Assembly: GCA_002633005.1 (NCBI GenBank)
Contig: NMRA01000918.1
Location: forward strand, 1 to 64,000
DNA from: Phoronis australis
Lineage: Eukaryota > Animalia > Phoronida
Length of the DNA stretch: 64,000 nt
Direction of reading: 5' to 3'
This document shows, one piece after another, positions 36,632 through 49,300 of this stretch. The position numbers and the translations under genes were made by a program. The notes beneath the pieces were generated by a model. The model was not told the origin of the DNA, searched no databases, and saw only the letters and a list, made by a program, of their open reading frames with translations. Every line of letters begins with the position of its first letter. Position 1 is the first letter of the stretch.

Positions 36632-39600
36632 TAGTTCTGTTCCCGTATGAAAATCAAGGGAAATAATCTTGTGTATTTTTCGCACAAATTTTTACAAAAT
36701 TGACAGAATTCTGAGTTCCACTAAATTTCGCTAGATTATTACGGGCAAAATCATCGTAACCTATGTGGTTTATTGATTCGATTAAAATTCCAGATCGTTA
36801 TCTGTATTATAAAACCACAGGTGCCATGTCATGCCTCGTTGTGCACTGACTCAATGTAGTGTCAGTGTTTGCCAATAGGGGCGTCATTAAAAAATGTTTG
36901 TGGAATTAATCCTAGTTATATTTTTTCCTCAAACATTTCTTGGATTTCAAAATACATGGGAACAGCACTAGTATTGATTTGGAATATCATCGTACAACTT
37001 GTTGCAAAAATTTTCATTTTAGGGTGTTGTCTTCAATTAGGCAAGGGTGAAATTTTGACACATTTAATTTTAAGAAAAAAGCGTCTTTGGGAATTCGTTT
37101 TCGTTATCTTAGCCCTAGTGGGTTTTTTGTTTGTCCCAAGGTCATGAAGGTCACAAATGTTACACCCGCGTTATGAGTAAATGGTAAAGTTTTCAGTGTC
37201 TTAAATCAAGTGATGTTCATTGTGTTTCAATTGCCGTGGTCAGTTTTTATCATATTTGCATCTTCAAGTTTTTTGTTGTTAAAAGTTGTTAAAGTGTTGC
37301 TCATCTTTGGCAGCAGCTTCCTGGTTGTCCGTGATATCACTGGTTGTTTCTGAGCCGACAGCTATCCCATGATGTATAATTTGAAAAACAACTACAGGGT
37401 CGTTGATGAAATTCTTAAAAAAATTAACTTGAATTATTTCAATCGGTGCTGGTTTTGTTTTAAAATGTCAGAATTAAAACTTATTCTTCTTAGGACTCGA
37501 TGTTGTCCCGATCTTCCTTTTAATTTGAGAATGAAGTATCAGCAGTCTGAAAATTACTACCTTCGCGGGCAATTTACCTTGTCTGGCTGAAATACTACCT
37601 AATGGCCTATTTCACCTGGTGGCCATGATAACCATGGCAACGGTTGGGCATGAGTGATAGAGGTTCTGGTTGCATTGCAGTTCTCACTATGAGAAGGGAA
37701 ATGATATAACATCCAGGATATCTGAGTTGTCACTCATCCAAGTGCACTGATTTGCTGCTGAGTGAAGATTAGTCACTGCAGTGAAATGTTGTTTGAGAAT
37801 GGATTGTTCGGTCCCCAAAGACGTGCACAATAGAAATTGTGTAGTGGATGGTATGGCATGGATGGTATTGTGCTAGTAAGCTAATGGAAGTGGGTGTTTT
37901 TTCAATTGGAATTCAATAAGTATATTTGTTGTTGTTGTAAGTTGTGTTTCGGTGTTTATTCGTCATTTCCTTAAAGACTGTGTGACTTAACTTCAGTGAA
38001 TCCACTGGTTTACAAGTGGGCCCTGTCCGAAATATTATGGTGGTTCTATACTTATTTCGCTCAAATTTAATCGTAAGAATGGTCGTTTTTTTCATTTTTC
38101 AATGGCTGATTGTCGTTTTGCAAGCAGGATGACCAACCAACCTTATTTTAGCTCAAAATGACATGGAAAAAGGTTGCCTTCGCCTTTAAGCAAGTGTTGT
38201 ATTGTGACATCAACGCACTGCTAACCATGCTTGGAATAGACTAAAATGTTCTTAATCTTTATTTCAACAAAACAGAATTTCACTTGTCAGCTATAGTTTG
38301 TGCTAAGTAAGTGAAGAATCATAGTAACATGAAGTTAAACACATTTAGCAGATATGTACAGTAAAGATGAAGTGAAATTCTATGAACTTTTTATGGGTTG
38401 GTAGTTATTGTTATTTTCAGGTTGAGTAATCAAAATAAATGATTGTGGGTCATTGCTGAGAGTAATTTCTGTGATGCCAGTCTCTCTCAAACTCAGACTA
38501 ATTAGTTAATTAGTTAGATTATAAACCTCCTTTTTATACTTGGGTGAACTGATGAACTCCATAGTATGTCATGATTAGCTGATCGCTATTAATAAACTGA
38601 CAGTACATGGCTTCTGCGAATTTGGAACAGTACAACATAATCTCAACAAAAAAAGATTGCTGAGGTGTAGAGATACCATTCATATTGAAAGCCAATGCTA
38701 GATAAATAGCTTACAATTGACCTTTCAGTGATTTTTCTTTGGCATGTCCAGAACGAGGAATTAGGGGTAATGCAAAGCGGCTGGGTACTGCTGGTTTCCC
38801 ATAATGCACTTTTGGCACGCAAAAGAGGAATGATGAAGAGGTCAATTTTCAGTTTTGTACAATACAATTATGATCATTGTTACGCCTGCTGCACGTTGCG
38901 TGACTTTTCTTGTGTCGGCTACTGTAACATTGTAATTTCTTTTCAAATGTTAGTAGTTAGGTCGTTGCACGTTTTCCATAATTCATCACTTTCTGCATGC
39001 GTAAGAGAGGACATAAAAAGGTGAATTCTAAAAGTTTTACAGAGTTATGTTAAGCCTGCCCACATCATGAATATTCCATGACTTGGTTTGTGTCAATCAA
39101 CTCTGTACATCCTATCAAGCATCAACCAGTGGTTTAATCATAACGCTAATGTAATTACTTGAGCCCCATTATTGTGGTGTGTTTCGTGGACGTCCAATTT
39201 GAAATACTAAGTCATTAGTATTTTATGATCTAAAGCATTTAGTTCAAACGTTAACTCTTTATGAGATTGATAGCACAGTTTTCGGTGTCCACACAGTCAT
39301 TACTTTGAGCAGTTTTATGTTCATTCCAATTGGTTGTGTATCTGGTAATTTTTTCAGCCCCGTTGGCTATAAAAACCAGCAGTTTCACTGCTATGATAAG
39401 CGGTTTAGACTGACTGGTATCTGGCCTGGCGGTTGTTTTCTGTGATAACAGCCCCAGCCACGAACTGGGAATGACACAATATCTAGGTGATACCCTGTTT
39501 TTGAAAAGCTCACGTGTACCAGATATTGTGGCACAATCTGAGGTTGGTCTTGTTTACATTGGCCCATGTGAATGCTTTCCTCGAGTTATTGATATCATAA

Positions 39601-40174
39601 TTATTTTTGAGTCACTGCATTCTTATTTCTGCATTTGCATTTTGTATTTTTAACCTCGAGAACATGATCTGCTTGTATGATCAACGGCTAGATGTGCTTC
39701 AGATGCAGACAAGATTGTCTTGTTTGGGTAATAAGTCTGTGGTTTTTCTCTAGTGTGTATGCAGTTTAACAGTTTCTTATGGGTAGTGGGCGGTGTAGAA
39801 TATAAGATAAACCAGAAATGGTGCATAATTCATATCAAAGATTTACACATTATCGTAATTCTTACTTAATTATTATCTCTCAAAGACTGCTTCTTTCAAC
39901 AATACCCTGTCACAAACCGCTTCTCTCCTTGGTCACAATTANGTCATTTTCATGGGTTTTTATTTTTGAGGACTACGGTAGTTTGGTGTTCATTATTCAA
40001 TGGAGAAAACTGGTTCGCGAATGGGTAACTGCTGTAAATGACCGTTGTCTCTAATTCTGCCCATGTGCACTTCAACAGGGTTGGTGTTGAACAACTGTTG
40101 TTTTGTATGATGTAGTTCTGCGGAGTTACGTATCACCACCTTCACTGCTGTTAAACAATTGGTCTCTGTTACAG

Positions 40175-40316
40175 ATGCGATGCCGTTGAAACCACCGCTA
40201 CCATGTCCTTAAAGGAGATTGGCACCAAACAGCCAGCGGATGGAGTGAAGCGTAGCAGCTCATTCGCTGGCGGAAAGTTCATGTTCGGGTCAACTACCAG
40301 TCTTGCCAGTCTGGAG
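40175..40316 (+). CDS. RIPOR: RIPOR common exon (ATG 40203; MSLKEIG...KRSSSFAGGKFMFGSTTSLASLE); frame open upstream to the acceptor
   Basis: ttacag acceptor, GAG|gtacgt donor, accATG context, RxxSFAG motif. Confidence 0.88.
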
Positions 40317-43300
40317 GTACGTTTATTGTAGTAGTGGTGGGGAAAAGTTTTTGTACGCAGTGCCTGTGGACTTCCTAAATTCATGAAGTGAATTTGACAA
40401 AAACGATGGTTTCTCGTTTTTGTCTTTGCCCGGTTGAAGGCTGCAACTGCCGATTGATTCTGATTTCTGAAATGCGAGTCACCATACTAGTACTTGATGT
40501 AAAGTGAGCTGAGGTACTAGCGCTTTTCACATTAAGAAAACAATGTGATGTGAAAGCGGAGAATTTATTTTGTCAAAATTCTCTGTAAAATTTAATTTTA
40601 GGAAATTTTACTGTATTTGTGTCACGATTTGTTTGTACAGTTCAATTATGATGTTACGTACACTAACTTGTTATCAAATTTTAATCACCGATGGCAATAC
40701 ACGTAAATCTTCGGAAAATGAAATGAAAGCGCTCCGAGGAGCGAACCTTGGCGAAATTAACCAAAAAGATGACGATAAAGATGATGACGAAGATGACGAA
40801 TATGACGACGATGGTGGCGAGGTTGAACAAAAGAAGTAATAACAACATACACATGACGAACGTAGAAGTCCGAAATCAGTAAGAAAAAGGATACAGTCTT
40901 GTGCGACACTTGGCGAAATTAACGGAAAAGACAACGACGGAGATGATGACGAAGATGACGACGATGATGACGAATATGGTGATGGTGGTGGCGATGATGA
41001 ACAACATCACAACATTCATATGACGAACTTAGATGTCATAAATCAATAAGAAATAGGCTACAGTCTAGTTCAAAAGAGGATATACCAACATCAATGCAGC
41101 AAGAGCGCTCAACAAAGGAACAGCGTTATCAGAAAATCTCAAATAACTCGAAAAGTAGACGTCCTAGCGAAAAATGGAAAACATCTTCTGAAAGCCCGTT
41201 CAAAATTCTATCTAAACAGATGGTATCGCCTAATTCCGTAAATTTTTCGAAAAAAATGAAATTTTGCTTATTTTTTAAGAAATTCAAAGTCAAATAACTC
41301 GAAAACGGTAAGTCTGAGAAAAAAATTGTTACAGTTCATTTGAAAGAGTATACCTTAGAGAATCCACATGCAAAAATTCACGTCTTTTCCTTCACCCGTT
41401 TAAATAGCATCTACGTACGACTGAAAATAGGTCAACATGCACAAGATCCGCCATCTTGAATGCAACTTCCGGTTTTTTGGGTTGATATAATAGCATTTCA
41501 CAAAAAACTAATATCCGTAAAACTTCAAAGGAATTGGCCTTATAGTGCGCCCTCTACAGGAGAAAACGTTTTTAGGCCAAAATTGAGGTGCGCATGCGCG
41601 ATCGCCGATATTTCCGCCATCTTTAATCGGAAGTAAACAATTTCCGGTATGCTTGTAGCAAACTTCCGGTCCACTTACTGTGCCGATTCTTAGCCTTTTA
41701 CGTAAAAAATTGTAGCCTCCAGAAGCATTTGAACCTTTAAATGAAAACAAAATGGCCGCCACAGCCGCCATCTTGGATCCGATTTTGACGAAAAACAATA
41801 GGCTTCCAGTACTTCCGGAAGTACGTGTTGTGTGTAAATTTCGTGATGATCGGACGAAAATTGCGACCTGTATCGTGCGAACAAACAAAAAAAAAAAACT
41901 TAGTGGAAGAGCAACATACTTGGCGAAATTTATTTCGCCAAGTAAAAATGGAAATTTTGGCAATTAAATTCAGAGTTAAGAGAGTAACCAGCGTCGATGT
42001 ATTCTTTCAAATGTATAGTAGTTTAGCAACGAATTTGCCCAATGACTGTCAAGTATTTAGTTTCTAATACGACCAGGAATTTAGCAAGCCCTTGGTCGTA
42101 TATTCTGAAAGTGACATAAGTTTTACCTTCCTGGCACCCCAAATATAATTCTGTGTCCGTAAGCTGAAAAGAGCCAGTGATGTCATCATGGGAATTAGGA
42201 CCAGTATAGTTAAGCCTGTTTTTCACACAGTCTTACTTTGGTTGACACTGACATCATTCATTCTGGGTGCCCTATAAGCCGTAGAAATTTATAATTGAGG
42301 CTGGGAAAGTAGGCCCGTGTTCCTACATTGACCTCTGGTAGTTCTTCACTTATTTAGAACACAATATGGCAGAGAAATGAAATCCATTTTTTCCACAAAG
42401 TTAAGATTAAGAAAAAAATTTAGTCTGTTGCTAGCATGGTTTGTACTGTGTAGATGTCATCAAACAATTTTTGCTGAATTTCCTGTTATTTGCAGTAAAG
42501 TAATCAGTCTTTGATAAACGAAATATTTGGCAATTGTTTTTGTACTAAGTAAACGGAGCATTACAGTATCTACCGTGAATGTAAGACTCGTCATAGTGAT
42601 GTTATGACTGTACAACTGAGATATACTCTGGGCCATTATTGCATTCTCCTTTACAGCCCCTTGGCTCTGGTCTTCGTAGCAAGATGCGACACAGCAGCGG
42701 CTCCAAGAGTCGGATGCCGAAGGTGCCACGACCCGGTAGAGCCTCCGTTATGTTCAAGGCTATAGCTGATGGCATCAGGTAGGCGCTGTAGAACTGAACT
42801 GAATGCAATAATCTTGCCAAAGCACCAAGATAACGCCCCGAATTACTAGTGAAGCGTGTGATCGTGTTAGATTTTCTCCTGAATGTTTTGGGTTTACAGA
42901 ACACAGCTGTGTTTTGCGCTCTGAAGGACCTTGATATGCTGGGTTTCCTTCTGGTGAGGACTTATCTGGTGATGAATATTTATAAAACAGTTATTAAATG
43001 GCAAAACTAGGATTAAATACAGATACCGAGCTTCAATATAATGTTTTCAGCATTAGATAGAGGGGATTAAAATCTTACTTAGTTTCATCACACAGAAATA
43101 AGATTAAAGTGTACTTTTATTATGGCTTCATTTGCTTCCATTTCGTCTGCATTGTTTTATTCATCTTTGCATATGCTGAGGTAATCCTTATGCTGTAATA
43201 TTCAATTTATTTTAACATTTTGTATTTTGTCTGTTACGCTGATTGTAAACCCATCGATCGTGACTTTTCTCTTCAGTTTTACGTCTATAGATAGAGATAG

Positions 43301-46300
43301 TAAGTTAGTCAATAGAGAAATTGATTCTGTGGCAGTTTTATAGACTAGATGTTGTGAACAAACACTTGTGGAGCCTGTTCATGTACAGACTGGGTTACTA
43401 TACAATTCCTCACCTAGTGAGAGGTTTTAGCAACCTGTAGTTAATAAGCGTTTGCTCTGGGTGTTTTGGTTGACATTGGTGCCTTCAACTACATTTAATT
43501 AACAGTGATGTTATGTGTAGTGGGTCTGTTCAGTTGGACTTTGATAGGGTCCTTGTAAGATGGATCATGTGTGTGTTGACCAGTTGGACTAACAGCTTTG
43601 GTTAACAAAAGGTGCTTGTATGTCTGTCTGTCTCACTAGAGGTCGCCCCACATGGTGACACCACACCGCTAACTCTGTTCAATGTGGGTGGTCTGCTTAA
43701 AAGCTGTCAAAGCCTTCCATTTCTTGCAATGGATGTTTTCTGCAACAGTTGCTAATTTCACTCCATTTCTTCCCAAAACCACTATTACGTTACCATTTTA
43801 AGATTCTTGAACATGTTCTACAATTCCGTCCCAAAATGTTGCACGGCCGCGTGGTCATACATGTTATGGAGAGGTGTTTTCACAAACAGTGATTGTTTAT
43901 GTCTCACAAGTCGCCAATAACCCAATTTTTTTAGTTTTCGACATTTGGACGTATGGAGTTATGTTCTGTGGCTAGAAAAATGAGGAAGAAAATGAAAAAA
44001 TGGTCCGAAAATAAGTAGATTGGACACATTGATGATCTTTTAGGCAATTAGTGGTCGACGTTATCCAAGGCCTGATTGTTCAGGCCTACACTGATGCTGT
44101 CTTGTGTTTCCTGTGTTCATGTTGGCATGGACCTGTACATTTCCCAAGGGGCACTTAACATTGCCAGCCAATGGGCTAAGACGGTTGGCTTAGAGATCAG
44201 TAGCAGTAAGAGAACATTGAAGCTGTGTGATACTGAACTCCCATTACAGGATAAGGTGGCTTGTCTAGCCGTAATTCTCAATCATCGCCGTTCACCTTGT
44301 GTGCTGGACAAAATCACCGAGAGTCCAAGTTTGAGTCAAAAGGGATAGTATCCAGTGGCGGATTTATAGGGGGGCCAAGGAGGCCATCCCCCCGCCAAAA
44401 TTCTTCCAGATCCCATTTAGCATTTTGGGGGTGGCTAATACTCTGCTGTGGCCCCACTAACTCAAAATCCTGCATCTGCCCCTGGTATCTTCATCGATAG
44501 ACTTGATTTCTACCAATAGATGTACTAAAACTGTAGAGTTATTTACTCTGTGCATAGACTCACTAACTCTATTGACAGAGGTAAGTTTGGAGAATAATGT
44601 CACATGTTTTCTTAGTAGATTTTGAACTTAAAATGTTGATGTGGATGATTGGATTTCTTTCAGAGAATACATCTTTGTTACTCAACAAGACATAGACAGT
44701 CTGCAACATTCAGAGGAGGACGACTCTTCTATCGCATCTGGAATGCAGGTAGGCTGTGTGGGTAGGCGTTTGGGTTTGGCTCTGTAGTAGATAGGTGATT
44801 TATGTCATTTATGTCTTAAGAAAGGGACACTGAATTTGTTCGATAATGGAAATACGGTAAAAAAAATCAGTTCGGGATACAATGGGGCAGATGAGTGAAG
44901 TTAGATTTTGTCAACCTTTTTAAAAAAATGAGTCTTGTGAAAATTTACTTTGTTGACGGCATGGTTTGCACAGTTGGCTGTCATCAGATAATGCTTGGAG
45001 AAACTTTAAATAAGAGAGTGACGGCAATTTTTCAATAATTATATTTGTCCAAAATTGAGAGTTTTACCGTTTGTCTTGAAGATTTTCAATACGTGTCGCA
45101 GACATTTCACATCAATACTTGCATTAATTGCAGTGTTGTACAGAGGTGCCAAGTGAATGGGTCTTTCAAATGCACAAGTCCACACTTGAATATTTGTGTT
45201 GTGAATAGTATCTTATAGTTATAGCTATATTGAGCACTGTTAAGACAATGACATCCCATTTCACTCCAGGGCAAATGTTGAATGTTAAGATTGAATTTTG
45301 CTGCGTGTCTCAAGAAATCAAGTCGTAAAAGTTCTTGTTTTTTATGTGTCTGTATGTACTGTGGTGGGGATAGTGTTCAGAAATGTTATTTTTGGCCAAA
45401 TAAACCACTTTTAACTTTGAAGGTGGCCATATTTGACCCATCTAAGCAGCGCTCAATATTACGTAAAGCTAGAGGTTCACTTCTTCTCGAAGAATTGTTC
45501 TACATCAGCTATAAAATCATTTCCTTTCATTTTCAACTCCTTATTCTATGTGGTCCCCAACGTTGTGTACCACTCTGTTGTAAGTCTCCCAACATCCCAC
45601 ACAAGGTAGCCACAGTTTCTCTGACTCATCCACTGCACCAGACAAATCTCTCATGTCTCTCCGTGGTTGTCCAATCACATCGGTCTATTTCATTGTCACC
45701 TACAGGCCCGCCACCTAGAGTGCCGTAAGGTAATTTGGCATGTGAACTGAACTGCTTGCCAACTCGCATGCGCTGGTTATTGGTATGAGCCTGCGACTGC
45801 ATGAGCTCGGCTGCTGGGTGAATTTCCCAAATAAAGCTACGTGCTCCCGAGAAAACGTTTACGCTGTCACTACTGTGATGTCACCATCAGACCTTTCCTA
45901 ACTTTCATGGAGGCAGTGTTTACTTTTGCGTTGTGAATTACGCAAATTAGTATGATTGTATTTAGTTTGAAATTTTGGCCAGACTGGTCTGTGATTTTCA
46001 AAGCAAATGGCTGGTTGGTCTCAAATATCTTGACCAATAGGAAAACTATACTGAGTTTTACTCTGGCCTAGTCTCCGTACATCTAACATGCCACAAAAGG
46101 TATTGGACTACCGGAACTTTTTGTAAAACAGTGTAAAAAAAATTATATTTTACTCTCTTAATGAAAACTCTCCTGTCCTCTCGCCATAGACGGACCCCGC
46201 TTCACCCCCGTGGTGGTTCCCTTCCAATGTTCTATCCACTCTTGCATGTCCTGTTCTATCCTGCTTACTGCGGAATGCCAACAGTTTGCGTGTTCTTTTT

Positions 46301-49300
46301 GTTGCTAAAAATATAATTTACCACTTATCTGGGACATATGTGAATGTTAAGTACAATGTCGTTGGGCCTAATTAATTATGCGTGCATTTTCCTTTTAAGA
46401 ATGTCACAGTGTAACATCTATATTTTTATGTCATTCCGGTTGTGTTAATCTCTAGTTGGTCATTGTGAATGCTCACTCATGTGGAACGTCATTCCGCAGT
46501 CTTGTAAGCATTATTACGTATCGGACAAGAGACAAGTAATTAGCCTTGAAACGTGTCTGTGATCACGGATGATTCATGTTTTCAGTAAAAATTACATCAA
46601 AACCCTTGACTTGCTCTTTAATTGTGTTGATCACTTATTGCTTTGCAGACTAACCATAGCCACTGGTAGTGTGTTGTACATTGAGAACTGTTATTAAGCT
46701 GCTGTCGGAAATGGGAAATTTCGATTTTGTGTGTACGATTTTTAAAGTTTAGTTTTTGAATGTCCATTCTATGAGAAGTTTTGTAGGTTTTGGTGAAACA
46801 AGTTCAGTACTTGTTTTCGTTTCCTTAAATTTCCATCATTTTTATTGCAGCGCTTGAAAGCTGCTGAACGGTACAAGAAACGACTTGAATTTCACCTGGC
46901 CAAGGTGAGTAGACATGTATAGTCATCTGTGAGTGAGCGGCGTCATGGTAAGGCGTGCACACAGCAACATTTTCCCGGCTTTAATCCTCCAGGGCCCAAT
47001 TGCATAAAAGTTATACACCCTATAGCAACAAGACATTGCATTATCACGCATCTCGTCCTTATTGTTGAACAATGCACCTGACGTCATGCAACAATCAAAC
47101 TTATATAGCGGATAACTTTTAAAGGTTTATACAACTCAGCCCAGGTGGTCACTGATATAGGTGGTTTCTTGTAAATCCACCAGAGGGCGTTGGCATCGGC
47201 ATGCTGCTTCCATTGCTGCTTGTCGATCCTAGTCAATCAACTGACAATTAGCGCTTCCTGTACTTTGTATGTATCAAAACTGAGAAAAGCTTGTGTACAC
47301 CACTTACATAAATTCTCTGGGGGCAGTACCATCTCAAGAAAAAAGAGACTAATCAAATTGTGATAATTGTTAAGTCAAATTATGAAAACACTCGTTAGCG
47401 TACAACTAATGGCCATATTCTTTGACTGTGCATCAAGTTTTACATTAGTCCTATTGTGCCCTATGTTATTAACCTTAACAGTAGTGTCTCAGTCTATTCC
47501 CTTGTTCATGCACCAGTGGTTATACAACATGTCAGCTGATCTCTTGAGCACACCATCTTAATGATACTTGTGACACTGTGGTACGTGTTCTCTGCAAGGC
47601 TTAGTTCAACTAACCTGCAAGTGTCATTCACAGGACACAGTGTCTCAGTTTGACCAAGTGTTCTTATCTGCTCAACAGTTGTTTGTTTTACTTATGTTAC
47701 AGCACCATGTAAACAGGCCGGGTAATTGAAGGCAGTTTTATGTTTTGAGCCCAGACTACTTGACATTGCATTGCATGAGACAATTAGGATGATGCCTCAG
47801 GAAAACTATGCTGTTGTAAAACATGCTATATTTACATAAGGCCATGGTCTGAAAAGCAAACTGATACATTTTCCATAAATTTTATACGCCCTCATATATA
47901 TATATGTGTGTTTGTGTGCGTGTTATGTTGTAGCATATTGCGGTCTCTTTGACCAGGTGTCCACTCTATACCTCAAAAACCCTGGTCAGTGACGAAATGT
48001 GGTGCAAGGGTGTAAGGCATCACAAGAACAGTTCATGCCGTTTTTAAATTTGCCCCACCCCCTGGGGTCAGAGAGGCGTGGCTTTTTCTGTATTTTTTGG
48101 GTTAAGAAAGTTTCTAAATGATATCTAGAGAACAGATTTCAATGAAACTTGACACAAAGGTGTGTGGCGTCAATGCACTGGCATGATTAAGTTTTCAGGC
48201 AGATTCGACTTCTGCAGCACCTCCTAGTGGCCATTTTGTTCTTGACAAGGTGCTTGTAAGTGTTGTTTAGGGGAAGAGTGCTACCGGATTATATCCAGAG
48301 AAGTGATTGACAGATTTCATTGAATCATGACTCAGCAGTAATTGTTGACAATGCGCGGTCCTTTTAATTTTCGGGCTGATTCGACTACTACAGAACCTCC
48401 TAGTGGGCCTTAGAAACATATGCGATGCACCTTGCGCGCGTATCAACACCCCAGTATTGCTCTTGTTAAAAACGCGATGACGTCAGATGTAGTGCCGTGC
48501 TCTTTTTCGGCTATAAGGTGTCAAAATTAATAAAACATTGGTTGGCTGAAACCATTGTTTCAGGTGGAAGAGTTGAGCGACTGTTATCAGATTCAGAGCC
48601 AACTGCGTGATGGGGTGCGAACCATGGCGCAGGCGTACGCACAGTCACCTGGCAAGCAACGGGAGTCACTGCACAGTGTCAAGTGTGGCTATCGTGAGTG
48701 TACACAGACAATGTGTGCCATAGAGGCACAGTTGGAAGAACTGATGGGAACATTTCAATGCAAAATGAAAGGTAAGAGACGGGGGTCACTTAAGGTGTAT
48801 TTGCTGCTTAAATTCATGCTGATAGCTTTGACAAAGTTGTCGGGTTTGACATACTGTTATGAAGTGTTGCCATTAGGTAATTGCTTTAGTACTAAAGGAT
48901 AAGCATAAAATGACAGTGCCGTATTTTTATTGGGAGTTAATTGGATTGCTTAGTTATCATTTTGAAACAACTCCAATGGTCGAGAGGCACTGCCACCAGT
49001 GCCCGTGTTCCATGACCCAAGACATTAGCCATGTTCTTGGAATTAAAAATCTTCACTTCTAGAATGGAAACATCAAATTCTATCCCATAATTCATGAATT
49101 CTATCCCATAATTCAACATTCCAGCCTTGCCGACCAATCACTTCTGTTCAGTGGTTGCGTGATCTCTCTTTTTGCAAGATTCTTGGGTCATAAATAGAAT
49201 ATAATTATCGTGGCAGAGGTACAATAAAAATTGGCCATCACGACTTACAGTGGTGAAGTTTTAGGCAACCAGTTAGCAAGCAGTTCAGCAGTAAATAATC

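Noticed and set aside
40570-40934. Acidic ORF 40570-40839 and its Ser-rich antisense ORF
   Set aside because: Products of the GAT/GAC tandem repeat inside a RIPOR intron; no fitting splice sites.
41508-42067. Overlapping ORFs of 64-151 aa
   Set aside because: They lie within a non-autonomous repeat and show no transposase, Rep or helicase motifs.
45282-45728. 148-aa ORF and extra microexon-like segments 45585-45605 (SPNIPHK) and 45642-45665 (TNLSCLSV) as a mutually exclusive cluster
   Set aside because: The ORF has no recognisable homology. The extra segments have weak splice sites (taag acceptor, gtagcc and gttgtc donors), so only 45706-45729 is retained.
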